Assembly: GCA_965603825.1 (NCBI GenBank)
Contig: CBFDEM010000016.1
Coordinates: 372,001 to 436,000, forward strand
Source of the DNA: Blepharisma stoltei ATCC 30299
Taxonomy: Eukaryota > Protista > Ciliophora
Direction of reading: 5' to 3'
Length of the DNA stretch: 64,000 bases
A program made the translations under genes and the position numbers. The notes beneath the pieces are model-generated. The model did no database searches and was not told the DNA's origin. It saw only the letters and a list, made by a program, of their open reading frames with translations. Every line of letters begins with the position of its first letter. Position 1 is the first letter of the stretch. Below, piece by piece: positions 61,667-64,000 of this stretch.

Positions 61667-63925
61667 ATGAAGAAGAAAGGAGTTGAAGAATCCAAAAGTA
61701 AATACGCAGTGAACACTGATTTAATTGATTCTTACCTACAAGATGAATTTGAAGTGCAAGATATTGCTGCATTCAGAGAGCAAGCTGCAGCTAGACTTTT
61801 AGCAAAAGAAAATAAGCCGAAATCTGCAATGCTGCCGGCTCAAGGTATGGCAACTCCAGCTGAGCTTAAAAGAGAAATTGCCAAGGCAAAAGGAAACCCT
61901 TCTCTTCAGCTGAGTCTGATGGATTCTTTAATATCGAAATCCAACAACGATGAAAAAGTTGCGCTACTTGAAGAAAAAATAGAAATCTTGTTGCAAAATA
62001 ATAGACTGAAAGAAGCAGAAGCTGATAGTAAAACTTTGGTTTCTATAAAAGACTGCTCAAGAAATAGATTGACTTATTCAAAAGTGCTAATTCAGCTAAA
62101 AGATCCTCAAAGTGCAATGTCAGAGTTCTTAAGAGCTTCAGTTATAGCGGATGAGGAAGTAGAAATCAATGAACATTTTGTCCATATACTGGCATTACTG
62201 CAAAAAGCGAATCTTCCTAACTGTCTTTATACAGCTGGATCTAATATAAATTTTACTCTTGGAGATGGAACTCAAAATACATGTGAAAAACCTAAGCCAA
62301 TTATAGAGTTGAAAGGGAAAATCCCAATAAAAGCAGCCTGTGGAGATTTTCACACAATTTTGATAGTGTCTGGGTGCCCGCATATAGCTAGGCATGAAAA
62401 TTGTCCTAACAACATTACAAATTGTAATGGAGGAAATGACGTTTTAGCTTGGGGGGATAATTCATATGGCCAGGTCCTTTCCGTTCCAACTCATAGTCCT
62501 GTGAGAAGACCTACAGGATTAGGATGCTTTGTTGGGAAAAACGTAAAAGATGTAAGTGCCTCCAAACGGCTGTCTGCTGCTATATTAGGAGATAACTCAG
62601 TAGTGCTTTGGGGAGACCTACCAGAAGTTGAAGAAAATCTTATTGAGTTCAGAACAAGTGCAAAACTTATTGCAACCGGAGGCGAATTTCTTGTGATTGG
62701 AAGAGATGACGGCTGTTTCTTATGGGGCGAAATCAATGATCATGGGACGGTTGCTGTTTCTTCTTTTAATCAGCAAGATAAGATATATTTGCAGCCAATA
62801 GGCCAGATAACTCTTAAACAAATTTGTGCAGGAGAGTATCATGCTATTGCGCTGTCTGAAGACTCTCGTGTATTTTCTATAGGCTGTGGAGAAGTAGGTC
62901 AGCTTGGGCTAGGCCTAACTGCAACTTCAGTTTCAGAGCTAACACATGTTTGACTTCCAGGCCCAGCCAAAGAAATAGCAGCTGCTGGCCAGATAAGTTT
63001 GGCATTAACCAATTCAAATATTTATGTGTGAGGACTAATAAACCCTGATGAACTTGAGCATCAAAGTCCTATTGAATGGCTCCCAATTTCTTTGGAAGGC
63101 CATGATGAAGAAGAAATTGCTGCAATTGGGATGGGGACACATGATTTAGTTGCTGTAGATACTCATGGAAAATTTTATGTATGGGATTGGACTTTTTCGA
63201 GAAGACTGAGAAGGCCACCTGAAGAATATAAGCTACTAGCGAACATAAGGAAATTATACTCAGGGCGATCAATGCATCATTTTTTGCAGGGAGTCCTTAT
63301 TCCGCAGTTCACAAAAGTTATAAATTGTCCTAGCAGGGTTCCATCAGAGCTGCCGTTTTTATTGGAATTACAATTGTATGACCAAATCGGAGAAGTACTT
63401 CCTCAGAATCCATTAATCCATATAGTGTTTACAACTGAAAATGTTGAAGGGAGAAGATCAAAGCCTACTGATATATCTGCTCTAGAGTTTCAAATGGAAA
63501 TTCTGGAAAATGAGCCAACCACTACTATTCAAATAGTTCCACTTAGATATGGAGATTATTGGATGCATATCCTAGTAAACAATATTGAAATTATAAATTC
63601 TCCAGTGCCTATTTCAATACATCCAAGTGAGGAGCAAGAAGAAGCGAAGCGTGAAGAAGAAGAAAAAAGGCAGAGAGAGCTGGAAAAAGAAAACGCAAGA
63701 ATGCAAAAGCAAATTGAGGCAGAAATGGAAAGAAAAAGGGCAAGAGAAATGCAAGAAGAAATCAATAAAAAGAAAAAACAAGAAACTGACAGAAGAGCTC
63801 AAGACGCTTTGAGAATGTTTAGAGAGAGGCAAGCTAAAGAAAGAGAGACTAAAGAGGAAGAGAGAAGAAGAAGGATTGAGGCAAAGGTGGGAGGAGGCTA
63901 TGATCTTAGCAAATTAAAGAAATAA
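61667..63925 (+). CDS. TPR-like + RCC1-repeat + filamin/Ig-like + charged helical tail protein, 752 aa
   Basis: AACGDFHT, LAWGDNSYGQ, ICAGEYHA, GQLGLG, IYV-W(TGA)-G; filamin-like YGDYWMHILVNNIEIINSPVPISI; Glu/Arg/Lys-rich tail. Confidence 0.75.
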
Positions 63926-64000
63926 ATTATGAATTAAAAATAGCACCTTATTGATTTTCCGTGTATAGAAATTAGTTTGTTATCCATATAAAAGCATTTT

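Noticed and set aside
1-64000. Mycoplasma/mitochondrial (table 4) or other prokaryotic origin
   Set aside because: Genes are eukaryotic nuclear (proteasome, importin, Pol III, ARMC9) and contain spliceosomal introns.

Overview
Gene-dense, AT-rich eukaryotic nuclear DNA, most consistent with the macronuclear genome of a heterotrich ciliate of the Blepharisma type. Three observations support this: TGA is read as Trp, TAA/TAG are the only stops at the gene ends I could resolve, and six 15-nt GT-AG introns all have A at position 10. The supplied ORF track uses the standard code, so it fragments or misses many genes. Re-reading with TGA=Trp and the tiny introns spliced gives about 30 contiguous CDSs. 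Recognisable genes: XMAP215/CKAP5 (partial), RPC3, a DUF229 protein, a DEAD-box helicase, class II eIF4E, a trypsin-like protease, PP2C, two RCC1-repeat proteins, PSMA4, a histidine phosphatase, a head-to-head ABCC pair, a Cys-rich secreted protein, a GBP-like coiled coil, MPST, ARMC9, a divergent E2, p23, importin-alpha and an OSBP/ORP. Most notable is a hidden 652-aa gene (38591-40549, minus) fusing a putative ATP-grasp-like domain to a C-terminal group I truncated (2/2) haemoglobin; a second member of that ATP-grasp-like family lies at 12088-14607. Also unusual: a tandem Venus-flytrap receptor with about 9 TM helices, a WD40-TRP-like channel with a Cys/His tail, a stand-alone voltage-sensor-like protein and a TDM1/SDI1-like TPR plus RRM protein. 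No rRNA, tRNA, transposon or CRISPR array was recognised. All family calls come from motif recognition by eye, not database searches.
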